Below the pieces are notes generated by a model that worked only from the letters and a program-made list of their open reading frames with translations, ran no database searches and was not told the origin of the DNA. From Pseudomonadota bacterium (GTDB taxonomy: Bacteria > Pseudomonadota > Gammaproteobacteria > PS1 > Pseudothioglobaceae): a stretch of 64,000 nt of DNA. The translations under genes and the position numbers were made by a program. Numbering within the stretch: position 1 is the stretch's first letter; each line of letters opens with the position of its first letter. The stretch lies in assembly GCA_022600805.1 (NCBI GenBank), contig JAHZJR010000030.1, positions 2,359-66,358 on the forward strand. Direction: 5' to 3'. Below, piece by piece: positions 43,485-52,448 of this stretch.

Positions 43485-43561
43485 TGGTAGTCGCGAGTGA
43501 ATTCGAATCACCGACCCCTACCATGTCAAGGTAGTGCTCTAACCAACTGAGCTACGCGACT
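43485..43561 (-). tRNA. tRNA-Val(GAC)
   Basis: Acceptor AGTCGCG/CGCGACT, anticodon arm CTACC-TTGACAT-GGTAG, TTCGAAT T-loop, encoded CCA. Confidence 0.97.
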
Positions 43562-43630
43562 ATAAAAGAATGTTCTTAGCAAAATGCTAACAACGAATGC
43601 GAAATTATACCCCTGTATGGGAGTTAAATC

Positions 43631-44326
43631 TTAGAAACAAGTTTTGATAATTTCTTGAATGTTGCTCGCTGCTGCGTAGGGGTCATCTGCATTTTTAATT
43701 GGACGACCAACCACAATATAATCAGAGCCAGATTTAAACGCCGTTGCTACATCCACCACACGTTTTTGATCGTCATCATTTGCAACAGGACGAATGCCTG
43801 GCGTAACCGCAATCAATTTATTATCAACATACTCTCTTAAGAATGGCACTTCAAGACCTGATGAAACCACACCATCACAGCCTGCTTCAAAAGCGCGTTT
43901 GGCACGAGAAATAACTAAATCTTGCACATCACAATCAAAGCCTAAGTCATCCAGATCGCCACGATCAAGACTGGTTAGCGCTGTCACTGCTAAAACTTTA
44001 AGATCGCCTTTATTTTCAGCAGCCTTTTCCATCAACCCTTGATTACCGTGAATAGTTGCAAATGTTGCGCCCGTTTTACTTAAACGGTTAATCGTTCTAC
44101 CGACCGTTTCAGGCACATCAAAAAATTTAAGATCAACAAAAACTTTTTTATCTTTAGCGATTAACCAATCCATTAACTCAAAGTATTGACCCGTCATTAA
44201 CATTTCCATGCCAATTTTATAAAAATTAACACTGTCATCCAACTGATTCACCAAGTCTTTAGCCTGTGCAACCTCAGGTACGTCTAATGCAAAAATCAGT
44301 CTATCTTCAAGTTTAATGTCTTTCAT
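43631..44326 (-). CDS. pyrF: Orotidine 5'-phosphate decarboxylase
   Basis: IFALD, KIG, DLKFFDVPETV, VTPGIRP, IVVGRPI. Confidence 0.96.
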   Translation of the reverse strand: MKDIKLEDRLIFALDVPEVAQAKDLVNQLDDSVNFYKIGMEMLMTGQYFELMDWLIAKDKKVFVDLKFFDVPETVGRTINRLSKTGATFATIHGNQGLMEKAAENKGDLKVLAVTALTSLDRGDLDDLGFDCDVQDLVISRAKRAFEAGCDGVVSSGLEVPFLREYVDNKLIAVTPGIRPVANDDDQKRVVDVATAFKSGSDYIVVGRPIKNADDPYAAASNIQEIIKTCF

Positions 44327-44338
44327 ACTTATTCCTAT

Positions 44339-44629
44339 TTAAAAAATACTGCCACCAGAATAGCCGTTTTCATTAGCTTTTCTGATCCAGAATTTTGATT
44401 GTTCAATGTCCTTGTCAACGGATTTTGCTAAGGCATAAAAAATGCCCAAATTATACTGTGCTTTTGCATAATCTTGGTCGGCAGATTTTTGATACCACTC
44501 AAATGCTTTGGATAAATCTTTATCCACGCCAATACCCAAATCATAGCTTAAGGCTAACTCATATTGAGATTGTGCATCGCCCTGCTCAGCAAGCACTTTA
44601 ATCTGACTGTAGGTTTTTTCTATTTTCAC
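44339..44629 (-). CDS. Small Sel1-repeat protein (about two repeats)
   Basis: AEQGDAQSQYELALSYDLGIGV; AQYNLGIFY. GTG start. Confidence 0.85.
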   Translation of the reverse strand: MKIEKTYSQIKVLAEQGDAQSQYELALSYDLGIGVDKDLSKAFEWYQKSADQDYAKAQYNLGIFYALAKSVDKDIEQSKFWIRKANENGYSGGSIF

Positions 44630-44643
44630 TTGAAAGCTTTTAA

Positions 44644-45147
44644 TTATTTGGGTGAAACTTCAACCTTGATATTAAGCGTATTGCCAAACGGCTTACTTCT
44701 AGTTGTATAGGTAAAATTTCGACCATCATATTCATAACTAACTCGGTAATGGCTCAAGCGCTCAACCGACTCAGTGCGATATTTGGTTTCACAAACCTCT
44801 TTAGTGACAACACGCCCAGTTTTAGATTTTTTCAATTCATCATCATGCGCCAGTGACGCACCCAATAATGCACCCGCCACTGTCATGGCGTCTTTGCCAC
44901 TACCATCACCGAACTGATTGCCAATCAAGCCACCAAATAAACCGCCCACAATTTCATTGGTTGCAGAGCCGTCGCCGTCGCCTTGATAAAATTCTTTAAT
45001 ATAACAGTCCTGATACGGCTCTCGGATTGTATGGGTTTTGTATATTTTATCCACAGAGGTAATTGTCGCTGTATCGGTAAAACTACCAGCAATTGACATT
45101 TGAACAGTGGCTAACATCGAGATCAACACCAGTGTATTTAATTTCAT
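44644..45147 (-). CDS. Glycine-zipper 2TM protein (YcfJ/UmoD-like)
   Basis: Signal peptide, VGGLFGGLIGNQFGDGSGKDAMTVAGALLG, two Cys, YRVSYEYDG. Confidence 0.85.
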   Translation of the reverse strand: MKLNTLVLISMLATVQMSIAGSFTDTATITSVDKIYKTHTIREPYQDCYIKEFYQGDGDGSATNEIVGGLFGGLIGNQFGDGSGKDAMTVAGALLGASLAHDDELKKSKTGRVVTKEVCETKYRTESVERLSHYRVSYEYDGRNFTYTTRSKPFGNTLNIKVEVSPK

Positions 45148-45212
45148 ATCACAACTCCATTTATCATATTTATAGTAGTATATATTCTACGCTTTTTGAT
45201 GAAATTGTTCGC

Positions 45213-45827
45213 ATGAATTCAACAACACTCTATTATATTCACGATCCAATGTGTTCTTGGTGTTGGGGCTTTCATAACACCTGGCAGCAAGTGCAATTGC
45301 AGCTCAAAGATCAATTAACCATTCAGTATGTTTTAGGAGGTTTGGCGCCCGATAGCAACGAAATTATGTCCGATGAAATGCGTAGCTACATTCAAAAAAA
45401 TTGGCAAAAAATCGAAAAAACCATTCCTGGCACGCAATTTAATTATGATTTTTGGAAAAATTGCACGCCAAAGCGCTCTACCTATCCCGCTTGTAGAGCG
45501 GCTATTGCTGCCAAAGATCAAGCCGAAAAGTTTGAAAAAATCATGATTAATGCCATTCAACAAGCTTATTACTTGCAAGCGCAAAACCCTTCTGAGACTT
45601 CAACGCTCATCAAACTAGCTGCATCAATCGGGCTAGACAAACAGCAATTTACCCAAGATTTAAACTCAAACACTGCCCGAATTCAGCTTGATCAAGACAT
45701 TGCCCTAGCAAAATCTCTGAGTAGCAACGGTTTTCCTTCTTTGGTGCTAACAAAAAATGGCATCAACCAATCTATTCAAATTGATTACAACAATCCAGAA
45801 TTTATTCTTCAACAAATCTTTACTTGA
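45213..45827 (+). CDS. DsbA/FrnE-like thioredoxin-fold protein
   Basis: HDPMCSWCWGF, RSTYPACRA, GFPSLVL. Start set at ATG 45213. Confidence 0.87.
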   Translation: MNSTTLYYIHDPMCSWCWGFHNTWQQVQLQLKDQLTIQYVLGGLAPDSNEIMSDEMRSYIQKNWQKIEKTIPGTQFNYDFWKNCTPKRSTYPACRAAIAAKDQAEKFEKIMINAIQQAYYLQAQNPSETSTLIKLAASIGLDKQQFTQDLNSNTARIQLDQDIALAKSLSSNGFPSLVLTKNGINQSIQIDYNNPEFILQQIFT

Positions 45828-45860
45828 ATAATTACGCCTTAGCGTTGATAATATCCGCTT

Positions 45861-45937
45861 GCCTTCGTAGCTCAGCTGGATAGAGCAGCCGCCTCCTAAG
45901 CGGCAGGTCGAACGTTCGAATCGTTTCGAGGGCACCA
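45861..45937 (+). tRNA. tRNA-Arg(CCT)
   Basis: Acceptor GCCTTCG/CGAGGGC, anticodon arm GCCGC-CTCCTAA-GCGGC, TTCGAAT, CCA. Confidence 0.96.
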
Positions 45938-46047
45938 CATTAATATTTCAAAACCGCAAACTTCTTAAAAATTTCTTCTCAGTTTATACTTCAACTCAAG
46001 CAGGCGTAATTAAGCCTTTATTGGTCTAATGCCCAATAACCCTCTTT

Positions 46048-46776
46048 TTAACTTAAATGCGCCTCTAATTCATCAGCACCACCAATGTACTTGCCGCCAA
46101 TAAATATTTGAGGTGTAGAGCTTCTTCCGCTAACAGCTCTAAGAGATCTAGAAGTAATGCCACCGCCAAGTTCAATTTGCTCAACATAGATGTTGTGCTT
46201 GTTGAGTAGCGATACCGCTCTTTCACAGTGTGGACAGCCTTTTCTACTAAACATGGTAGCTGTTTCTGGAACCACTGCATCCTTATTAATGTACTCTAAC
46301 ATGGTATCAGCATCAGACACCTCAAATGGATCGCCTTCAACGTCTGGCTCGATGAACATTTTTTCAATCACGCCATTCTTAACTAGCATGGAGTATCTCC
46401 AAGATCGGTCTCCAAACCCTAAATCATTCTTGCTGACCAACATGCCCATTGCATCGGTAAATTCACCATTGCCATCAGGAATCATTAGTACATTTTCAGC
46501 TTCTTGGTCTTTAGCCCATTCGTTCATCACAAACGTATCATTAACAGACACACAAACAATTTCATCTACGCCGTTGTCTTTTAATACTGGCGCAAGCTCG
46601 TTGTATCTAGGCAGGTGAGATGATGAGCAAGTAGGCGTATAAGCGCCGGGCAGAGCAAACACCACGACAGTTTTATTATCAAAAATATCACTTGTAGATA
46701 AGTTGGACCATTGGTGGTTTTTTTGAATTTTAAAATTAATTGATGGAATTTTATTTCCTGTATTGTCTTTTAGCAT
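46048..46776 (-). CDS. Hybrid peroxiredoxin-5/glutaredoxin (PGdx / glutathione-amide peroxidase type)
   Basis: LPGAYTPTCSSSHLP, RSWRYSM, and a C-terminal Grx domain with GCPHC and TPQIFIGG. Confidence 0.93.
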   Translation of the reverse strand: MLKDNTGNKIPSINFKIQKNHQWSNLSTSDIFDNKTVVVFALPGAYTPTCSSSHLPRYNELAPVLKDNGVDEIVCVSVNDTFVMNEWAKDQEAENVLMIPDGNGEFTDAMGMLVSKNDLGFGDRSWRYSMLVKNGVIEKMFIEPDVEGDPFEVSDADTMLEYINKDAVVPETATMFSRKGCPHCERAVSLLNKHNIYVEQIELGGGITSRSLRAVSGRSSTPQIFIGGKYIGGADELEAHLS

Positions 46777-46883
46777 TTACGTTTTCCTATTTTTTTGTTT
46801 TATTAACTGACATTATAATATTAGCTTATAATTCAGTAAAGTGAATAATTTCTATCATATTAATCTAAAAAATAGATCATATA

Positions 46884-47738
46884 ATGTTACTATCAATTAA
46901 AAACCTACAATATTTAGTCGCCTTAAAAGAAACCCTGCATTTTGCCAAAGCTTCAAAGAAATGTTTTGTTAGTCAATCCACCTTAAGTACGGGTATTGCT
47001 AAATTAGAGAGAGATTTACAAACAGTACTGGTTGAAAGAAACAACAAAACCGTAACATTTACTTCTATGGGTAATAAAATCGTCTTACAAGCAAGACGCG
47101 TAATAGCCAGCTCTGATGATTTAATCAACATGGCGATGACCAATTTCCTTGAATCAGAAATAGTAGTAGGCACCATACCCACCATCTCGGCATACCTGTT
47201 GCCAGATTTTTTAAAAAAAATAGAAAAAGAATTCCCTAAATTGAAAATATCGTTTGTTGAAGACACGAGTGAAAATTTATTAAAAAAACTAAAACAAAAT
47301 CAGATTGACTTTGCAATTTTTGCATTTCCCTATGATTTGCCAAATGGCGTAGAAGGTCATGAGTTATTTAGTGATTCATTGCATTTAATTAGACACAAAA
47401 AAAGAGTCAATCATTCTATTGATGAGGGTCAATTACTATTATTAGAACAGGGTCATTGCCTAAGATCACACATCATGCAAGGTTATTCGATTTCCAATGA
47501 ACAAATATCAGATTTCTCTTGTTCTAGCATTTCTACTTTAATTGCCATGATTAACATGGATATTGGTATAAGCTTTTTGCCAAAAATCGCCCTAGACGCT
47601 GGTGTGCTTTCTAGTTATCCAAATATTGTAATTGAGCCTTCTTATATGGCCTCAAGAGGTATTGGGGTGATATACAAAAAAAATAACCATCAAGCAGAAA
47701 GCATTAAAACAATAGCAAATAGCTTATTGCCTGTTTAA
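46884..47738 (+). CDS. oxyR: OxyR-type LysR regulator
   Basis: LysR HTH (HFAKASKKCFVSQSTLS), GTIPTISAYLLP, LLEQGHCLR; divergent from Prx-Grx. Confidence 0.85.
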   Translation: MLLSIKNLQYLVALKETLHFAKASKKCFVSQSTLSTGIAKLERDLQTVLVERNNKTVTFTSMGNKIVLQARRVIASSDDLINMAMTNFLESEIVVGTIPTISAYLLPDFLKKIEKEFPKLKISFVEDTSENLLKKLKQNQIDFAIFAFPYDLPNGVEGHELFSDSLHLIRHKKRVNHSIDEGQLLLLEQGHCLRSHIMQGYSISNEQISDFSCSSISTLIAMINMDIGISFLPKIALDAGVLSSYPNIVIEPSYMASRGIGVIYKKNNHQAESIKTIANSLLPV

Positions 47739-47766
47739 AACTTCCATTCGGCCCTAAATCTTAAAA

Positions 47767-48345
47767 TTATAATATTTCAATCATTATTTCATTTCTTCTA
47801 AACATTGGAAGCGTCCATGGTGGGTTGTAAAACGCATATATTGGAGCATTGTGAGTAGGTATAGTATTTTTTTTCAAATAACTTTTAAGTAAATTTTTAT
47901 GAAAATTAATATTTAAATCTGAATTTAACCCTGAAAAAGTAATAACAGCATATTTTTTCCGTGTAATTTTTTTAATTTTTACAATTTTATCATTAGGAAT
48001 GGGTAGGGTTCTTAGGCTATATTCTACAGGCATTACAAAGCTTATTTTCCAACCATTATCAACTCTTTGCTGTTTAACTGGGGCAGTCATTGCAATTTTT
48101 AAATTCTCTGAATTTCCTCCAAAAATATAATTTGCTAAAATTTTAAACCCAGCTTTAATTGCATCTGTTCTTTCGCTTTCAATAAAAACTTCAGCAATAT
48201 AAATGACATCATACTGTCTTAATTCAATGTTGTTATCTATAGATAAAGATTCATAGTTAGGCTTTTCTACATTACTCATCAAAACCCCTGAGAATAGTCC
48301 AACAAAAATTAAAATAATTAAAAAAAATTTAAACAACTTGTTCAT
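47767..48345 (-). CDS. SOUL haem-binding protein
   Basis: VEKPNY, IELRQY, GFKILANYIFGGN, IAMTAPV, FVMP, FYNPPWTLPMFRRNEI. Confidence 0.92.
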   Translation of the reverse strand: MNKLFKFFLIILIFVGLFSGVLMSNVEKPNYESLSIDNNIELRQYDVIYIAEVFIESERTDAIKAGFKILANYIFGGNSENLKIAMTAPVKQQRVDNGWKISFVMPVEYSLRTLPIPNDKIVKIKKITRKKYAVITFSGLNSDLNINFHKNLLKSYLKKNTIPTHNAPIYAFYNPPWTLPMFRRNEIMIEIL

Positions 48346-48360
48346 ATTTTAGATATAAAA

Positions 48361-48388
48361 AAACACCTTGCCTATTGGCAAGGTGTTT
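48361..48388. terminator. Bidirectional-type terminator after the 69-aa gene
   Basis: AAACACCTTGCC-TATT-GGCAAGGTGTTT, flanked by A and T runs. Confidence 0.85.
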
Positions 48389-48406
48389 TTTTTTAATATT
48401 AAATAT

Positions 48407-48616
48407 TTAAGCTACATCCATCAAATGCTCTGCTCTACTATATTCGTCAGCTGAAATTTTAGAATCAACTTCTTTTTCTAACTCACAAATTCGCTCTTCT
48501 AATACATGAATAACGTGCTGGCGTGTTTTTTCATGCTCAATAACAGAATGTGACATTTCGATACAATGCTTGATTGATCCAAGCTCTTCAAGTAAATTTT
48601 CTCTTTTAACTTTCAT
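48407..48616 (-). CDS. Small hypothetical protein (69 aa)
   Basis: AAGGA RBS, its own terminator, and helical heptad-like composition. Confidence 0.7.
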   Translation of the reverse strand: MKVKRENLLEELGSIKHCIEMSHSVIEHEKTRQHVIHVLEERICELEKEVDSKISADEYSRAEHLMDVA

Positions 48617-48756
48617 ATTTTTTTCCTTTTTTTTATTTTCTTCGTTTTTATTCTATCACAAATAATTGTACAATTTTAAATTTATTATATTTTTTGTATA
48701 ATTGCTTATTTTTTTTGCGTAACATTAATAATATATTTTTTAAAAAGGAGTTTTAA

Positions 48757-49275
48757 ATGTATCAAAAAATTATTGCTTTCATGATCATGCTTATTTCACC
48801 CACTAGCTATTCGCTGAATATAGGAGATGCTGCTCCAATTTTTTCATTACCAAATCAAGATAACATTTATAAAACACTTGATCAGCATCGAGGAAAATGG
48901 GTGATTTTATATTTTTACCCAATGGATGACACTCCAGGGTGTACCACAGAAGCTTGCAGCTTCAGAGATGCGACTGATCGTATTATCGCTAACAAGGCTG
49001 TAGTTTACGGTATTAGTGTTGATAATGTTGAGTCGCATAAACGATTTTCAGACAACTACCAGCTATCGTTTTCAATATTATCTGATAGTGATGGAAAAGT
49101 TTCTGAATCTTATGATTCTTTAGCAAAATTTATTAATTGGAAGGTTGCTATGAGAAACACTTATATTATCAATCCAAAAGGGATTATTGTTAAAAAATAC
49201 ATTGGTGTTGATCCTAATACGCACGTACAGCAAGTACTAAAAGATCTTATGATTTTACAAACGCAAAGCGATTAA
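48757..49275 (+). CDS. bcp: Peroxiredoxin Q/BCP with signal peptide
   Basis: LYFYPMDDTPGCTTEACSFRD, GISVD, RNTYII; hydrophobic N-terminal extension. Confidence 0.9.
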   Translation: MYQKIIAFMIMLISPTSYSLNIGDAAPIFSLPNQDNIYKTLDQHRGKWVILYFYPMDDTPGCTTEACSFRDATDRIIANKAVVYGISVDNVESHKRFSDNYQLSFSILSDSDGKVSESYDSLAKFINWKVAMRNTYIINPKGIIVKKYIGVDPNTHVQQVLKDLMILQTQSD

Positions 49276-49277
49276 TC

Positions 49278-49724
49278 ATGACATTGACTTATAGTATTTT
49301 GACATATCTTGGAATTATTCCTTTTTTATTTGTTTCGGCTCTTTTTGGAGCAAAATTTTATGAAATTTTGCATATTGACCTAGAGAACCTAAAAACTATT
49401 ATTTCTATATATACAATAGCAATAATTTCATTTATTTCCGGCTCTCATTGGGGTCTAAATCTAAATAATAATAATTTTTTATCTAGATTTATTCTTATTT
49501 CTAGCAATATATTTGTATTATTTATTTGGCTTGCGTATTTATTTTTGTTTTTTGAAATTTTTATTTTTGCCGCAAGTGTTGTTTTTATTTTATTACTGTT
49601 TATTGATCAAAAATTATCATACTTAGATTATTATTCAAAAAAATACTTTCAAAATAGACTGATTGCAACAATTATTGTTTTATTAAGTTTTTTTATAATG
49701 ATCTACTTTTCTTCGATCAATTAA
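49278..49724 (+). CDS. DUF3429-like membrane protein
   Basis: LTYLGIIPF, IISFISGSHWG, RLIAT; about five TM helices. Confidence 0.7.
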   Translation: MTLTYSILTYLGIIPFLFVSALFGAKFYEILHIDLENLKTIISIYTIAIISFISGSHWGLNLNNNNFLSRFILISSNIFVLFIWLAYLFLFFEIFIFAASVVFILLLFIDQKLSYLDYYSKKYFQNRLIATIIVLLSFFIMIYFSSIN

Positions 49725-49760
49725 CATATTAATTCATTTAACAAAAGCATTAACTTTTTG

Positions 49761-50804
49761 TTAAGGTGCTGGATTAAAAAATCTCAAATGAATGGCTTCA
49801 ATCGCCTGCTCAATCTCATCAGTCCATTCAACATCAACGGCGTTAATATTTTCTTTTAACTGATCCATACTGGTTGCGCCAATAATGGTACTGGCGCAAA
49901 ACCAACGAGAATAGGTAAAAGCTAGTGCTAGTGTCGCTGGCGTAATGTTTAATTCTTGAGCTAAATTGGCATAAGCTTTAATGGCTGGCTCAACCGCTGG
50001 CTTTTCATAACGCTGTGCAAATCCGTCAAAAATATTAACGCGTCCTTGCGCCTTTGGATCGTTGATATATTTAGCACTGAGATGGCCAAATGCCATTGGC
50101 GAATAGGCGAGTAGTGGTACGTTTTCACGATAGCCCATTTCCCGAAGTGAGGAGTCATACGTTCGATTAATTAAATTATAAGCATTTTGCATACTGACCA
50201 CTCGAGGCAAACTCTCTCGCTCAGAAGCGTTTAAAAACTGCATCAATCCCCAAGGCCATTCGTTTGATAAGCCAATGTGCCTGATTTTTCCTTCATTAAT
50301 TAGCTCAGATAACGCCTCCAAAGTTTCAACAAATGAAGTGTATTCTCGCTCTTGCTCTGGATTAAACAAATACTGGCCAAACATTGGCGTGTTGCGCTCT
50401 GGCCAATGTAGCTGATACAAATCAATATAGTCGGTTTGCAAGCGCTTAAGAGATCCTTCTAGAGCATTACGTAAGTTAGTACGATTAAAAGCGTGCTCTC
50501 CACCTCGAACCCAGGGCATACCTCGAGCACTACCTGCGGCTTTAGTAGCTAAAATAATCTGATCACGAGTTTGATTTTTAACCCAACTGCCCACAATAAT
50601 TTCGGTGGAATAAGCGGTATTTTCACGGGGTGGAACAGGGTACATTTCAGCGGTATCAATAAAATTTATCCCTTGCGCTATCGCATAGTCGAGCTGTTGA
50701 TGTGCTTCTTGTTGTGAATTTTGCTGGCCGAACGTCATGGTGCCTAAGCAAATGTTAGATACGCTTAAATCACTATCGCCTAGCTGAGTTTGTTTGATCA
50801 TCAT
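49761..50804 (-). CDS. tas: Tas-like aldo/keto reductase
   Basis: ICLGTMTFG, NFIDTAEMYP, TDYIDLYQLHWP, QNAYNL, LLAYSP. Confidence 0.88.
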   Translation of the reverse strand: MMIKQTQLGDSDLSVSNICLGTMTFGQQNSQQEAHQQLDYAIAQGINFIDTAEMYPVPPRENTAYSTEIIVGSWVKNQTRDQIILATKAAGSARGMPWVRGGEHAFNRTNLRNALEGSLKRLQTDYIDLYQLHWPERNTPMFGQYLFNPEQEREYTSFVETLEALSELINEGKIRHIGLSNEWPWGLMQFLNASERESLPRVVSMQNAYNLINRTYDSSLREMGYRENVPLLAYSPMAFGHLSAKYINDPKAQGRVNIFDGFAQRYEKPAVEPAIKAYANLAQELNITPATLALAFTYSRWFCASTIIGATSMDQLKENINAVDVEWTDEIEQAIEAIHLRFFNPAP

Positions 50805-50881
50805 TTGAATAAGTTTATAAAGTGCAATATATTAACATGATAAGCTAGGTCTAAGCTGCACTGTTAGATGTATACTGATAT

Positions 50882-52096
50882 TTGAATTTAATCAGTCAAT
50901 ACGCTGTGAGTCACCTTAATTTACTAGATAAAAACAATAACTTTAATATTTTGCTAGCAGGCATTATAGGGCTATTTATTGGCGTTGGTGTGGCTCGATT
51001 TGCCTATACATCCTTGCTGCCTTCTATGTTAGCTGATCAAACCTTATCTCTCACCTTTTCTGGTGTTTTGGCCTCCACCAATTATATCGGATACTTGTTG
51101 GGTGCATTATTTGCAGTTTTTATCAAAGACATTCATGCCAAAGTTAAATACTTTAGGCTGGGGTTAGTTCTATGCATTGTGACAACAATTATGATGGGGA
51201 TTGCAACACATGATCTATGGTTAATTGTAAGTAGAGTGATGGCGGGTTTTGGTGCGGCAATGACCTTGGTAGTTGGCGCAGCAATTGTTATGGTGAAGCT
51301 CAACTTTAAGGATAAAACTAAAGCAATGGGGATTTATTTCTCTGGCATTGCCATTGCTTTAGCGATGGCAGATATTATTGCCAGGTTGGTTTTAATCAGC
51401 AATTCTTGGCAAATATCTTGGCTAGTATTGTCACTTAGTGCCGCCTTAGTTTCACCCTATGCTTGGTATATTTTATCTACCCAGCAACAACCACAGTCAA
51501 AGAACACTACCCACACATTCGACAAAAAAATATTCTCTAATTTCGTTATTATTCTTATTGTGGCTTATTTTACCGCGGGTGTAGGCATGGTGGTTCAAGG
51601 AACCTTTCTACCTACCATTATTCAATCCCTGCCAGGATTGGAGTCTTTCGCAGGATTTACTTGGCTATTGGTAGGCTTGGCGGGCATCCCCTCTTCAATT
51701 ATTTGGATGCGTCTAGCGCACCGATATGGCAGTGTCAATATTATTATTATTGCCATGAGTATTCAAATTATTGGTATTTTAATCCCTACTATAAGTCACA
51801 ATCTTTATCTTAATTTATTATCAGGCATTTTATACGGCGGAACCTTTGTTGGCTTGGTGGCGCTCTTTATGCATCTGGGCGGCAAACTAGCGGGTAACAA
51901 TCCAGTTATACTAATGGGGGCGCTTACCACAGCCTACGGCATAGGCCAAGTGAGTGCGCCTTTATACGCTGCAATCTTAACTTCACAATCAGGCAACTAC
52001 AACCATGCCCTATATGTCACTGCCGCTATTGTGTTTAGCGGAGTTTTCATGCTACTAGCAAGCAAAATATTTAACATTAGCCATCAGCCCTATTGA
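50882..52096 (+). CDS. YbfB/YjiJ-family MFS transporter
   Basis: GVGVARFAYTSLLPSM, LASTNYIGY, about 12 TM helices, YGIGQVSAP. Start is TTG 50882 or GTG 50906. Confidence 0.88.
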   Translation: MNLISQYAVSHLNLLDKNNNFNILLAGIIGLFIGVGVARFAYTSLLPSMLADQTLSLTFSGVLASTNYIGYLLGALFAVFIKDIHAKVKYFRLGLVLCIVTTIMMGIATHDLWLIVSRVMAGFGAAMTLVVGAAIVMVKLNFKDKTKAMGIYFSGIAIALAMADIIARLVLISNSWQISWLVLSLSAALVSPYAWYILSTQQQPQSKNTTHTFDKKIFSNFVIILIVAYFTAGVGMVVQGTFLPTIIQSLPGLESFAGFTWLLVGLAGIPSSIIWMRLAHRYGSVNIIIIAMSIQIIGILIPTISHNLYLNLLSGILYGGTFVGLVALFMHLGGKLAGNNPVILMGALTTAYGIGQVSAPLYAAILTSQSGNYNHALYVTAAIVFSGVFMLLASKIFNISHQPY

Positions 52097-52143
52097 TTTT
52101 AGCCGTACAATAAAGATAATCACCACTTAACAAGGAGAAAATA

Positions 52144-52398
52144 ATGCATCAATCAATTAATACAAAAGCGTTGGCGCTTTCTTTAGGTATTCTTTGGTCG
52201 CTAGCACTCTTATCTGTCTCAATTATTGCTCTCATATCTGAGAGTTATTTACACAATATTGTTGAATTCCTGTCGAGTATTTATCTAGGCTACTCGCTAA
52301 GCTTTACTGGTATTTTAATCGGCATGATATGGGCGTTTATTGATGCAGCGGTTGGTGGTTTGGTTTTAGCGTGGCTATACAACAAACTCGCGAAATAA
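52144..52398 (+). CDS. Small 2-TM membrane protein (family often annotated 'bacteriophage holin')
   Basis: NTKALALSLGILW...IYLGY...AFIDAAVGGLVLAWLYNKL; AAGGAG RBS. Confidence 0.65.
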   Translation: MHQSINTKALALSLGILWSLALLSVSIIALISESYLHNIVEFLSSIYLGYSLSFTGILIGMIWAFIDAAVGGLVLAWLYNKLAK

Positions 52399-52448
52399 AC
52401 CTCTAGCTAGGTATAATCAAATCCATATTAAATACTTAGGCTAAGCGT

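Noticed and set aside
48001-48008. KOPS-like GGGTAGGG (opposite-orientation copy at 56742-56749)
   Set aside because: One copy in each orientation by eye, so it says nothing about polarity.
40451-49760. Integrated elements at tRNA-Val or tRNA-Arg
   Set aside because: No duplicated tRNA 3' end and no integrase or transposase seen, so no mobile element is called.
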